A program made the position numbers and the translations under genes. The notes under the pieces were generated by a model. It was not told the DNA's origin and ran no database searches. It worked only from the letters and a program-made list of their open reading frames with translations. Shown here in pieces: positions 9,438-18,080 of a stretch of 64,000 nt of DNA. The stretch is taken from positions 1-64,000 of the IMG/VR virus record IMGVR_UViG_3300005347_000205, one strand, 5' to 3'. Numbering within the stretch: position 1 is the first letter of the stretch; the number at the start of each line of letters is the position of its first letter. This DNA comes from a virus.

Positions 9438-10655
9438 TCATTCTTCATCCATCGTGATCTCGACCGGCTTTACTGCTAGGCGAGCATCTGTCTCCGGGAC
9501 CATTGAGTGTCCGTGCTGGCCGAACTTGATGTGTTCGGAGAGCTTCTCATAATCGTCGGATGAGATTTGCTTACGCGCTTGCGCGGGAGAAATCAACTTT
9601 TTGGTGAAACTTCTATCACCAAGAATCGGCACCAGCACCGCCTCGGCAGCAGCCTCATCTTCATATGTATCTCTACTGCCCTTCCGAGTGTCGACAACGC
9701 ATTTGCGACCGGGCGTCGGCCGGCCGGCGAGCGCGTCCCTGAGTTCCTCATTCGCGAGTTGATCCAACCAGTGTTCGAGCATGGAACGATGCTGCAGGAT
9801 GTAGCTGCGGCGCTCGGGCGTCATGGCGCCTGCCGGCACAATGGGATTGTCGATCATGATCTCAAGGTCCAGTTCGCTATAATCAGTGCCCAGCAAGGCG
9901 AGATTGAAGTCCTCGAACTCGCGGCATCCGCCTGCCGCGCGCTTACGTCGGCACCAGATGCAACCCTTCTCCGAGGCGACACGCGGCGGGTTCGGCTGCA
10001 GGGTCAGTTCGGCCCGCTCCCTGATCCAGTCTCCGAATGCCAGCAGATCGTCTAGCGTCGTGTGCCAGACGCCGCCGCCACCTGGGCACCGAGGCTGATC
10101 GATTTCGATGATGAACCGCACCGGATCGGTGCCGACAATCTGCTGGGCGATCGTCTGCCAGAAGCCGAGTAAGTAGAGCATCACTTGCTTGTTCTGGACC
10201 GGACTGATCGCTACTCCCCTGCCCCACTTCAGATCGGAAACGTAGACGATCCAGACGCCGTCGATTTTTACGATTACCGCGCGATCAAGCGTGCCGAACT
10301 GCCCAGGCAACACCCAGTGCGACACGTCGACCCGGTGTTCGCTGAAAAAGCGACCGCCCATGCCACGGACGCGGTCAATGCCAGGCTGCAGCAGCAGTGC
10401 ATCGTCGACCGTCCAGGTGAAGGTCCAATCGTGCAGGCGGGTGCGCTGTCCGACGAAATCGAGCGCGTCGAAGCCGTAGCGGAGGCAGTCGTCAGAGATC
10501 CCGTGCGCCACCGTTCCTTCGGCCGCAACTTCGGTCGGATCGTCCGGCAAACCTCGGTTGGCGTTGACATAGTCGAGACATGTCGACCAGCCTTCGGCGC
10601 CGGACGGGCCGTGTGAGGAGTGCGCCAGCTCGCTGTCGAGGCGATCGTCGATCAC
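9438..10655 (-). CDS. Cas4-like PD-(D/E)XK exonuclease (DUF2800)
   Basis: HSSHGPS...EGTVAH, GTLD, DLKWG, QVMLY, CIWC..C; start approximate. Confidence 0.85.
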   Translation of the reverse strand: MIDDRLDSELAHSSHGPSGAEGWSTCLDYVNANRGLPDDPTEVAAEGTVAHGISDDCLRYGFDALDFVGQRTRLHDWTFTWTVDDALLLQPGIDRVRGMGGRFFSEHRVDVSHWVLPGQFGTLDRAVIVKIDGVWIVYVSDLKWGRGVAISPVQNKQVMLYLLGFWQTIAQQIVGTDPVRFIIEIDQPRCPGGGGVWHTTLDDLLAFGDWIRERAELTLQPNPPRVASEKGCIWCRRKRAAGGCREFEDFNLALLGTDYSELDLEIMIDNPIVPAGAMTPERRSYILQHRSMLEHWLDQLANEELRDALAGRPTPGRKCVVDTRKGSRDTYEDEAAAEAVLVPILGDRSFTKKLISPAQARKQISSDDYEKLSEHIKFGQHGHSMVPETDARLAVKPVEITMDEE

Positions 10656-10659
10656 AGGA

Positions 10660-10995
10660 TCACAGGCTCCATCTGTAACCCCTTCCCCAGACCACCTCCA
10701 CTGGCCACGGAGCGCCAGCATCAGCGAGCGTCTTTCGGATTCTGCCGAAGATGACGGACATCGTGTTGCTTACGTTATTCGACTCGCTACCAACCCTATC
10801 AGCGAGCACGTCCCGCCTCACAGGGCGTCCGTAGGAGGCTGCCAGGGTGTACAACAACTGCACATGGTTCTTGGGCAGGGTGATCGCTTCGCCATGAAAC
10901 GACACTGCGCCGCGGGGATCGAGTATAAAACCATCGCGTTCGATCACCTGGTCTTGCTCAAGATTGAAGCCGCAATGAGGACAGTGAGCGGTCAT
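10660..10995 (-). CDS. Stand-alone OmpR-type winged-helix protein, CtrA-like C-terminus, N-terminal CPHC
   Basis: ITLPK..QLLYTL...VIFGRIRKTL...VEVVWGRGY; no receiver domain; ATGA-coupled. Confidence 0.8.
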   Translation of the reverse strand: MTAHCPHCGFNLEQDQVIERDGFILDPRGAVSFHGEAITLPKNHVQLLYTLAASYGRPVRRDVLADRVGSESNNVSNTMSVIFGRIRKTLADAGAPWPVEVVWGRGYRWSL

Positions 10996-11159
10996 GCGCA
11001 ATCATCCCGCTGTTCGGCCTGCATCACCGCGAAACGATGGCGCGCGTCGATCACCGTCCGTTCGAGTATGCCCATCGAAATCCGCAGCGTGCGCTCGTTT
11101 GCCGAGAGGTTGCGCATCTCGCTCACTCGGGAGAGCAAGGTTTCATGATCTATCGTCAT
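10992..11159 (-). CDS. Small hypothetical protein
   Basis: ATGA overlaps at both ends. Confidence 0.6.
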   Translation of the reverse strand: MTIDHETLLSRVSEMRNLSANERTLRISMGILERTVIDARHRFAVMQAEQRDDCA

Positions 11160-11632
11160 GACAACAGCTCCTTGAGAGCGTCGCGCCCGCGGGCGACGCG
11201 ACTCTTGATGGTGCCGACGGCACATCCGAGATCCTGTGCGGCCTCTTCATACGAAGCTCCTGCACCGACCAAGATCAGCGCCTCGCGCATGTCCTGCGGC
11301 AGCATGGCGAGCGCCTTAAGCGTGTCGGCAAGGTCGACCACTGCGCCCTGTGGCGCAGGAACCCATGGAAGCGCGCTTATCGCCAGATCCTCAGTGCTGC
11401 CGCCATCCCAACGCTTGCGCCGCATCTGGGTGATGAAGCGGTTGCGCAGGATAGTTTGTGTCCAGGCAGGGAGGTTGGTGCCGACCTGAAATTTATCCCG
11501 ATGCTGCCATGCTTTCCCCAACGTCCACGCCGCCAAGTCTTCGGCCGCGTCAAAATCGCCGCTGACGAGGTGCATGGCATATCGGATCAGCGGCTTGCGT
11601 TGTCCCGCAAGCGCGGCAGCGAAATCGCTCAC
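11156..11632 (-). CDS. ECF sigma factor, EcfG/SigT (ECF15)-like
   Basis: AEDL..TLGKAW..FQVGTNLPAW..ILRN (region 2); LP..REALILVGAG.SYEEAA..GCAVGTIKSRVARGR (region 4). Confidence 0.88.
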   Translation of the reverse strand: MSDFAAALAGQRKPLIRYAMHLVSGDFDAAEDLAAWTLGKAWQHRDKFQVGTNLPAWTQTILRNRFITQMRRKRWDGGSTEDLAISALPWVPAPQGAVVDLADTLKALAMLPQDMREALILVGAGASYEEAAQDLGCAVGTIKSRVARGRDALKELLS

Positions 11633-12426
11633 TCGACATGCTTCCGATAAGCGTCTCTGAAGACGTTAGTCAGGGCGATGTTCGAGCCTTGGCCAGTCCG
11701 CGCAATCCACTCGTTCATCTTCCGGACCCATTGCTGTTGGGTATTCATCGAAAGGCGGTCAACGAACGCTTCCAGCTTAAAATCAGGATCTCGACCGTCG
11801 GTCGCGAGAAAGACGAACAGGCTGCGGAGAATTTGCCCGGCATATCGCAGGATGTTGCCGTCGAATGCATCCGCCAAGGCACTCAGACCTTGATCTATCG
11901 TTAGTGGACCGTAGCGCCTATAGGCTGATGCGATGCCCGGAACGCAGTAAATCATCCTTGGCTGCCAAGCCGTGTAATTGGAGTGCGGTGCGAGAACCAA
12001 TCCTGATTTCTGGATCAGTGCCATGACTTCGGATGATTCGGCAGAACCTGCCGCTATAGATGCACGGAACACGTCAACTGAATTGAGTGATCTGCGTCTC
12101 TTGTTTAGCTTGACGAAGGTCTTCGCTTCGTCTTCAACGCTAGGTTGATCGAATATTACACAAGGTAGCCGGGGTATATCCGAGCGCATCTTCGCCGCTG
12201 TCAACCGGTGCTGCCCATCCATGACCGCGAGCGTGTCATCAGGCCGGCGGCCAACGGAAAGCGGCTGGCAGAGCCGCCAATCCCAGTCCTTCGCGATGTT
12301 GCGAATGAGTTCCTGGGATGAGCGGGCTTCGATTTTCCGCTGGTAGCTTTCGTCGACATACAGTTCGTCTAGCGCTACCCACTCCATTGCCGGCGGATCG
12401 CCTATGGCAGGATTGAAATCCGTCAC
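11629..12426 (-). CDS. ParB/Srx N-terminal-like domain protein
   Basis: VDESYQR, VMDGQHRLTAA, EAKTFVKLN motifs; GTG start inferred. Confidence 0.8.
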   Translation of the reverse strand: MTDFNPAIGDPPAMEWVALDELYVDESYQRKIEARSSQELIRNIAKDWDWRLCQPLSVGRRPDDTLAVMDGQHRLTAAKMRSDIPRLPCVIFDQPSVEDEAKTFVKLNKRRRSLNSVDVFRASIAAGSAESSEVMALIQKSGLVLAPHSNYTAWQPRMIYCVPGIASAYRRYGPLTIDQGLSALADAFDGNILRYAGQILRSLFVFLATDGRDPDFKLEAFVDRLSMNTQQQWVRKMNEWIARTGQGSNIALTNVFRDAYRKHVE

Positions 12427-12430
12427 GGCT

Positions 12431-12610
12431 TCAGCCCTCGATCTTAAGCAACACGTCGCCGCTGAACCACTCAGAGGATTCTGGCGCCATGTTTGGAAAC
12501 ATGATGAGGTACGAGGCATTGCCCTCCGCATACTCGGCTCTGCCGATGACGATCCCCGTTGCTCCGCTGGGGTGAAACCGCACGGTTTCCTTCAACTCGA
12601 ACTCGAACAT
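12431..12610 (-). CDS. Small hypothetical protein (SH3-like pattern)
   Basis: GGAG RBS; FELKETV...GIVIGRAEY...WF pattern. Confidence 0.6.
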   Translation of the reverse strand: MFEFELKETVRFHPSGATGIVIGRAEYAEGNASYLIMFPNMAPESSEWFSGDVLLKIEG

Positions 12611-12662
12611 TGGTCGATCTCCTTCGGGAAGGCGGCTCAATTGCGCGCCGCCTACCGGAAGA

Positions 12663-12682
12663 CCGGCCTCCGAAGAGGCCGG
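12663..12682 (-). terminator. GC hairpin with TTCG loop
   Basis: CCGGCCTC-TTCG-GAGGCCGG just after the 12692-13231 gene; short T tract. Confidence 0.55.
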
Positions 12683-12691
12683 GCAACCTGC

Positions 12692-13231
12692 TCAGCCCAG
12701 CGGATCATCCTCCTCGGCAGGGGCTGCGCCGGCCTGCGCCGGATCACCGTCAAGATCGTAATCGGCCGACAGATCGACCGTGCAGCCGGCCAATAGCCGC
12801 CTGAAGAAGAACTCGGCTTCCTTGCGCTGGTCATCATCGAGCGTCGCATCTGGGCCGACCAGTTTGGGCGTATTGTACCGCGCGAGCAGCGACGCCATGA
12901 ACTCAGCGCACTTTTTCTTCTGCGCGTCGGTTTCCGCGCGCTCGCGATATTGAAGTGCTACCTTCTTCACGTCGTCGTCGCTGACACTCCGCTCAACAAC
13001 AGCTGTGGCAGCGGCCTCCGCTGACCCCGTGCTGGCAGCTTCGGCGGCGTTTCCCGCGGGTTCCTCTTCCTTCGGCTTGCGCGTGCGCGTTGCCTTGGGC
13101 GTCTCGATCTTATCGATCGCGGCCTGCTGCCCCGCGATCAATCGCTCATGGTTGGCGGCAAGGACGGTAAGTTGTGCCGTGTTGGCGGCGAGCGCCTCGA
13201 TCAGCGCATCCAATTTGGCTTCGATGCTCAT
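12692..13231 (-). CDS. Hypothetical protein, first gene of the leftward replication operon
   Basis: Coiled N-terminus (MSIEAKLDALIEALAANT), Ala-rich linker, acidic tail EEDDPLG. Confidence 0.8.
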   Translation of the reverse strand: MSIEAKLDALIEALAANTAQLTVLAANHERLIAGQQAAIDKIETPKATRTRKPKEEEPAGNAAEAASTGSAEAAATAVVERSVSDDDVKKVALQYRERAETDAQKKKCAEFMASLLARYNTPKLVGPDATLDDDQRKEAEFFFRRLLAGCTVDLSADYDLDGDPAQAGAAPAEEDDPLG

Positions 13232-13400
13232 GGTGATCCCTTCGATCTCTGTACGTGCCCGCTGGGTCAGCGAGTCGGGCCACCTTAAAACACAGAGTTA
13301 TTCCAATTTCAACCTTATGGTGAAATATTCCCACACCGAGGTTGATTTTACCCGTGCTGGAAGGTAGAACCGCCCCAGACAGCATCGGAGATTCTTATTC

Positions 13401-13715
13401 ATGAACCAGCCCGCCAGTGTGAACCGTACCTGGAGCAGCGGTCCACTTTACAAGCATCTGGTTGCCGTGCTCCCGGCCTTTGTTGACAACCCCTTCTCCG
13501 ACGATCCGGTGCTAAACGTGCAGAAACTGCGCGAGGCGACGGGGCGCAGCCATGAAGGCGTCTATAAGTGGCTCCGGGCTAGTCGGCTGACGGCCGCCGG
13601 CGCGAAGAAACTCGTTACCGTCGCCAACTCGGCCGAAAATCGCCGCGCGCTGACCGCCCTCAACCGGGAAATCCCGACGATCGATAGCTTCGCGAGATTC
13701 GTCTTCGCCGACTGA
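13401..13715 (+). CDS. Cro-like HTH protein
   Basis: VQKLREATGRSHEGVYKWLR; divergent from the replication operon. Confidence 0.7.
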   Translation: MNQPASVNRTWSSGPLYKHLVAVLPAFVDNPFSDDPVLNVQKLREATGRSHEGVYKWLRASRLTAAGAKKLVTVANSAENRRALTALNREIPTIDSFARFVFAD

Positions 13716-13743
13716 GCTGTTGATCGACGGGAGTACCGTTTTT

Positions 13744-16236
13744 ATGAATTCGGTCGTCTCGATCGACGCCATTCGTCCGCTGGTCGAAGCCGGTTTCGCG
13801 GTGCATTGGCTGCATCCGCGCACCAAGCGGCCGATCGGCGATGAGTGGCAGCACGCCCAGGTGGCATCGCTCGCGTGGCTCCGGGCAAAACATCGCCATG
13901 ACAACAATGTCGGCGTGCGCCTTGGCCAACATTCGTTGCTGACATCAGGTGGCTATCTTCACGCATTCGACATCGACATCCGGGTAGCTGACCTGGCCGA
14001 CGAAGCATGGGAATCCTTCGATCGCCTGCTGCCCGGCGTCCGCGATACGCTTCCGTCGGTTGCGTCTGGGTCCGGTAGCACGTCCGAGCACCTCTATTTC
14101 GTTACCGACGCTCCATTCTTCGGCAAGAAGCTTGCCGTGTCCGAGGGGAAGCACCGCGGCGCCGACGGTAAGTGGCATTACGACTGGGAGATCGAGCTTT
14201 TCGGCACCGGTAAGCAGATCGTCCTCCCGCCATCGATCCACCCCGACACCGGGCTGCCGTATCGCTGGAAGCGCGAGTTCGACTTCGAGGGGATGGATTT
14301 CGGCCTGCAGCCGCACATCCCTGTCGATCAGATAGAGGCGCTGGGTGTCGCAGAAACCGCGGAATATGAGTTCGAAAAGCGCGAGCCGCTGGAATTCAAA
14401 CCCGGCCAGCTGGAAGCCGAACTCGATCTTGTGCCGATCGATCGCCTCGACGACTATCATGACTGGATCACACTCGGCCAGGCGCTGCATCATCAGTTCG
14501 GCGGATCGACCGGCGGGTACGACCTCTGGATCGCTCATTCTAAACGCTCCGCGAAGTTCGAGGGCACCAATCAGCGCGAACTGCTCCGCAAGTGGCGCGG
14601 CTTCGGCCGCAACCGCCGGAAGCCGGTTACCATGGCGTCGGTCCGACTGTGGGTACAGGAAGCAAGGTCCGCCGCTCTGCTGGCGCAGTTCGACGAGGTC
14701 GAGGACGAAGAAGACGACGCATTTGGTAATTCGGGTGATGCGCTCGCGGATGATTTCGAGACACTTCTTGGCGGAAATGAGCCAGAAAAGACCGATTCTC
14801 AACGTGACCCTTTCGATGACGATGTTGCGGCGGCGCTAGCGACCAGTCCTCTCGACTGGGTTTCACTGCTTGACCTAAACGAAGAAGGCGCGATCAAGCC
14901 CACTTTGCATAATCTCCGCTTGATCGTGGAGAATGACGTCTGGACGAAAGGTGTTGTGGCGTTCAACCAATTCACCCAGGAAATCGTCCAGCGTGGTCAG
15001 CCCGGAACGAAAAATCCCCGCCGCGCAAATTCCGCGAAGAAGCCGCTCCAACTCGACGGCGAATCATGGGTTCTGCGCGATCGGGTCAACGGAGATTTTT
15101 GGACAGAGGACAAGGACAACGCGATCCGCGCTCTGATCGAAGCACCAAAGAGCCAAGGTGGATATGGTATCAAGGTTCCAGACCGAGATCTGCGCGCAGC
15201 AATAGACATCGCCGGCCGGAAGAACGGCTTCCATCCTGTCTGCGAATATCTTGAGGGTCTCACCTGGGACGGGGTGCCGAGGGTGCGCACGCTTTTTCAG
15301 ACCTACATGGGAGCGCCCGACGACGCCTATCACCGACAGGTCTCAGAAATCATGTTGGTGGCCGCGGTCGCGCGCGTCCACGAGCCCGGTGCGAAATTCG
15401 ATACCGCAGTCATCCTCGAAGGCGTGCAGGGTAAGCGAAAATCGACCTTCATCTCCATTCTCGCGAAAAACTGGTTCGTCGAGCTCGACTGTGACGTGAC
15501 CGACACACAGGCCGTTGTCGAGCTCCTGCAGGGCGCCTGGTTGGTCGAGCTGAATGAATTAGGCGGCTTCACCAAGGCCGACGTGCGTCACGTCAAGGCG
15601 TTCATCAGCCGGCGGTCTGACAAGGTGCGCCTCGCCTATGCCAAACGTGCACAGGAATATCACCGGCAGTCGATCCTCGTCGGCAGCACCAACGACGATG
15701 TGTATCTGCGCGACTCGACCGGTGGGCGCCGCTTCCTCCCCGTCCGCTGTTCAATCGAGGGTGAGATCGACACAGATCGCCTGCTTGCCGAGGTTGATCA
15801 GTTGTGGGCCGAGGCTCTGTTGATCTATCGAAAAATGCGCGAGAATCAGCCGCGCGGCACGTTGCCACTGTATCTGTCCGACGCCGAAGCCCGCGACATT
15901 GCCGAGAGGCTGCAGGAATCGCGGCAGGTCGAAAGCAGTGAGGATGCAATCGCTGGCCAGATTGCCGAGTGGCTTGAGCGACCGGTATACACCGGTTCCA
16001 TCGACGATCCAATGGACGGCAAAGTCCGTAACGAGACCTGCCTGCTTGAGATCTGGTGCGACTGCCTCGACCGCGATGCCGCCCAGTATACCGGCATGTG
16101 GCCAGCGGCGCTTGGTCGCGCGATGCGGATGGTGCCGGGCTGGAGGGAAAGCGCTCGGAGGCCCCGCTTCGGTAAGTATGGGCAACAGCGCGCATTTGAG
16201 CGCGTTGGTTGGGTGAGAGACCACCTGCGACTGTGA
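13744..16236 (+). CDS. Primase-helicase (Prim-Pol, PriCT, VapE-like ATPase)
   Basis: DIDI, HLYF, QIVLPPSIHP; YHDWITLGQALH; GVQGKRKST, ELNEL, LRDSTGGRRF. Confidence 0.92.
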   Translation: MNSVVSIDAIRPLVEAGFAVHWLHPRTKRPIGDEWQHAQVASLAWLRAKHRHDNNVGVRLGQHSLLTSGGYLHAFDIDIRVADLADEAWESFDRLLPGVRDTLPSVASGSGSTSEHLYFVTDAPFFGKKLAVSEGKHRGADGKWHYDWEIELFGTGKQIVLPPSIHPDTGLPYRWKREFDFEGMDFGLQPHIPVDQIEALGVAETAEYEFEKREPLEFKPGQLEAELDLVPIDRLDDYHDWITLGQALHHQFGGSTGGYDLWIAHSKRSAKFEGTNQRELLRKWRGFGRNRRKPVTMASVRLWVQEARSAALLAQFDEVEDEEDDAFGNSGDALADDFETLLGGNEPEKTDSQRDPFDDDVAAALATSPLDWVSLLDLNEEGAIKPTLHNLRLIVENDVWTKGVVAFNQFTQEIVQRGQPGTKNPRRANSAKKPLQLDGESWVLRDRVNGDFWTEDKDNAIRALIEAPKSQGGYGIKVPDRDLRAAIDIAGRKNGFHPVCEYLEGLTWDGVPRVRTLFQTYMGAPDDAYHRQVSEIMLVAAVARVHEPGAKFDTAVILEGVQGKRKSTFISILAKNWFVELDCDVTDTQAVVELLQGAWLVELNELGGFTKADVRHVKAFISRRSDKVRLAYAKRAQEYHRQSILVGSTNDDVYLRDSTGGRRFLPVRCSIEGEIDTDRLLAEVDQLWAEALLIYRKMRENQPRGTLPLYLSDAEARDIAERLQESRQVESSEDAIAGQIAEWLERPVYTGSIDDPMDGKVRNETCLLEIWCDCLDRDAAQYTGMWPAALGRAMRMVPGWRESARRPRFGKYGQQRAFERVGWVRDHLRL

Positions 16237-16778
16237 AACGCATTCGCTACGTCGAAGGGCGACCCTGCAGTTCATGCGGGCGGACGAAACGCCTCGCTTC
16301 AAATCGCCGGTGCGTCTTCTGCCTGTTTTGGGATGCCTGTCGCGTAGTCGAAGGTGAAATCATCCTGTCACGCCGCGAAACCGCGCGCGCCTGGAACACC
16401 TATATGGAACTCGGTCGGGATTATCGACATCGAGAAACTGCGCGACGGGGAGCTAACATTCGAAGGGGCCGTATGGCTCAAGCCGCAGGCTCATTTACGA
16501 GCGCTCAGGCGGCCGCGATATTGAAGCTCCAGAACGGCAGGTGCGCCTATTGTGATGCCACGGTGAATTTGCATCTAGACCACGCAATTCCACTTGCCCG
16601 AGGCGGTTCTAACTGGCCTTGGAATTTACAATGGCTGTGCGCGCACCACAATATCTCGAAAGGTGCTCGCACTGACGCGGAGTACCGCGATATCATCGGA
16701 CTGCCTGCGGACGAGCCGGTCAGCCTGCAAATTTGGCGAGAATTTTTCAGGGTTTCCCTGGTGCCGATTCTGGGCTGA
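16233..16778 (+). CDS. HNH endonuclease
   Basis: CAYC..LHLDHAIPLARGGSN..NLQWLC..N..KG; GTGA overlap with the primase stop. Confidence 0.88.
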   Translation: MKRIRYVEGRPCSSCGRTKRLASNRRCVFCLFWDACRVVEGEIILSRRETARAWNTYMELGRDYRHRETARRGANIRRGRMAQAAGSFTSAQAAAILKLQNGRCAYCDATVNLHLDHAIPLARGGSNWPWNLQWLCAHHNISKGARTDAEYRDIIGLPADEPVSLQIWREFFRVSLVPILG

Positions 16779-16860
16779 ATCAGCCGAAAAAAAAACCTCC
16801 GAAAAACTTCGGGAAATTTTACCCGGAATCGGCGAAAACGGGCTGAATCGACCAATTTAG

Positions 16861-17172
16861 TGTGACAGCCCATAAAATTCGGCGATCCTGTCACAGGGCT
16901 GTCACAGCACCGTCAACCTCAATTTCTCCAGGTTTTCCGCGGTTTTGCGGAACCTTGTGACAGGTGTGACGGAAATACCGGTCTCCCTATAAGTTCTCCT
17001 CGTGCAGACCCCTCCATGGGTAGCCGTCAGGCCCCTTGAATCGTCGGTTTTGGGGCTCTTGCTCAACGACAACTTATAGAAATGCTGTCACTCCTGTCAC
17101 AGTTGTCACATCATTTATAAAATCAATGACTTAGCAGGTGTGACAGCCCTGTGACAGCTTTTACCCTGTCAC
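16861..17172. repeat. TGTCAC/GTGACA repeat cluster with IHF-consensus site (origin or cosB-like)
   Basis: About ten hexamers in both orientations; CTGTCACAGGGCTGTCACA and its inverse; AATCAATGACTTA at 17121-17133. Confidence 0.75.
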
Positions 17173-17253
17173 AAAATTTGGAAAAAGTTTCAGAGGTCGC
17201 CGCGATCGAAGGCTTTGCACCCTGGTGTGGTTTGAGATGTCTGGAAAAAAGGG

Positions 17254-17265
17254 GCTCAGCGCCCC
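17254..17265 (-). other. Putative cos site GGGGCGCTGAGC
   Basis: 10/12 match to the phage Chi 12-nt cohesive end as I recall it (GGTGCGCAGAGC); non-coding position beyond the primase. Confidence 0.6.
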
Positions 17266-17513
17266 GCGCCCGAGCCACAGACACTAACTGGGACCCGTGG
17301 GGACCGCTGGGGAAAACCAGCGCACCCGCAACGCCAGCGCACCCGCAGCTCACCAGACACCAATAGGGACCGCTGGGGAAAAGCAGCTAGCCAGGCTCAG
17401 GGTTTCCCTATCGGTCCCTAGCCGTCTCTAGCGGTTGATTATGTTTCACTATTTAGTTGAATATGCGCGCCAGTTATGGTGTGATGATGAGAACACTAAG
17501 GAGTGATTCGATC

Positions 17514-17693
17514 ATGCGTAACTGGGCAACCCGCGAAGCCTATGGCACCCCGTCACCTGGCGCCTTCGAACTACCGGATGATGGGTTCGCCTATGGTCCG
17601 GTTTCGATCGCCTACATATTCGGCAGGCGCCCCCAGGAAAGCGTGCGGGAATATCATCTCGACCGTGCAGCTCGGAAAAACGAGCGCCCATAG
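17514..17693 (+). CDS. Small hypothetical protein
   Basis: AAGGAG RBS; first gene of the rightward early operon. Confidence 0.6.
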   Translation: MRNWATREAYGTPSPGAFELPDDGFAYGPVSIAYIFGRRPQESVREYHLDRAARKNERP

Positions 17694-17720
17694 TTTCAAC
17701 TTACCATAGGATATTCAACC

Positions 17721-17946
17721 GTGGCGAAACGCAAAAAGATTATCCGTATGATAGTGGAGGTGTCCGCACCGCAGTGGTTAACGGCCGCCCAGGCGCGCCG
17801 CGAAGTCCGTGCGCTGATCAATGATCAATGATCAGTGTTTCTATGGGCACTGCGGCGCCGCCTGGGCGACGGAGGAAATAGGCGACGATAATTTCCGCGC
17901 TCGATCGGTTCGGGCGGTTCCTGAAGCCGCGGCGCGCGCGCAATGA
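17721..17946 (+). pseudogene. 72-aa ORF broken by a 7-bp repeat expansion
   Basis: TGATCAA x2 + TGATCAG at 17815-17835; removing one unit gives an ORF whose stop overlaps the next ATG. Confidence 0.65.
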
Positions 17947-18068
17947 GCATCGCCCCATGGCGCCGCGCCGCCATCCCCTACGTCGCATGGATATCGCGCG
18001 TCCTGACATGGGCGGCCGTGTCGCTCTGTCTGGCTGCTTTCGTGATTATCCCGATCATAAGATCATAA
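17943..18068 (+). CDS. 41-aa membrane peptide
   Basis: ATGA-coupled; one hydrophobic segment. Confidence 0.5.
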   Translation: MSIAPWRRAAIPYVAWISRVLTWAAVSLCLAAFVIIPIIRS

Positions 18069-18080
18069 GGAGCCTGTGAA

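Noticed and set aside
9438-10655. Cas4 as part of a CRISPR system
   Set aside because: No cas1, cas2 or array; standard phage replication context
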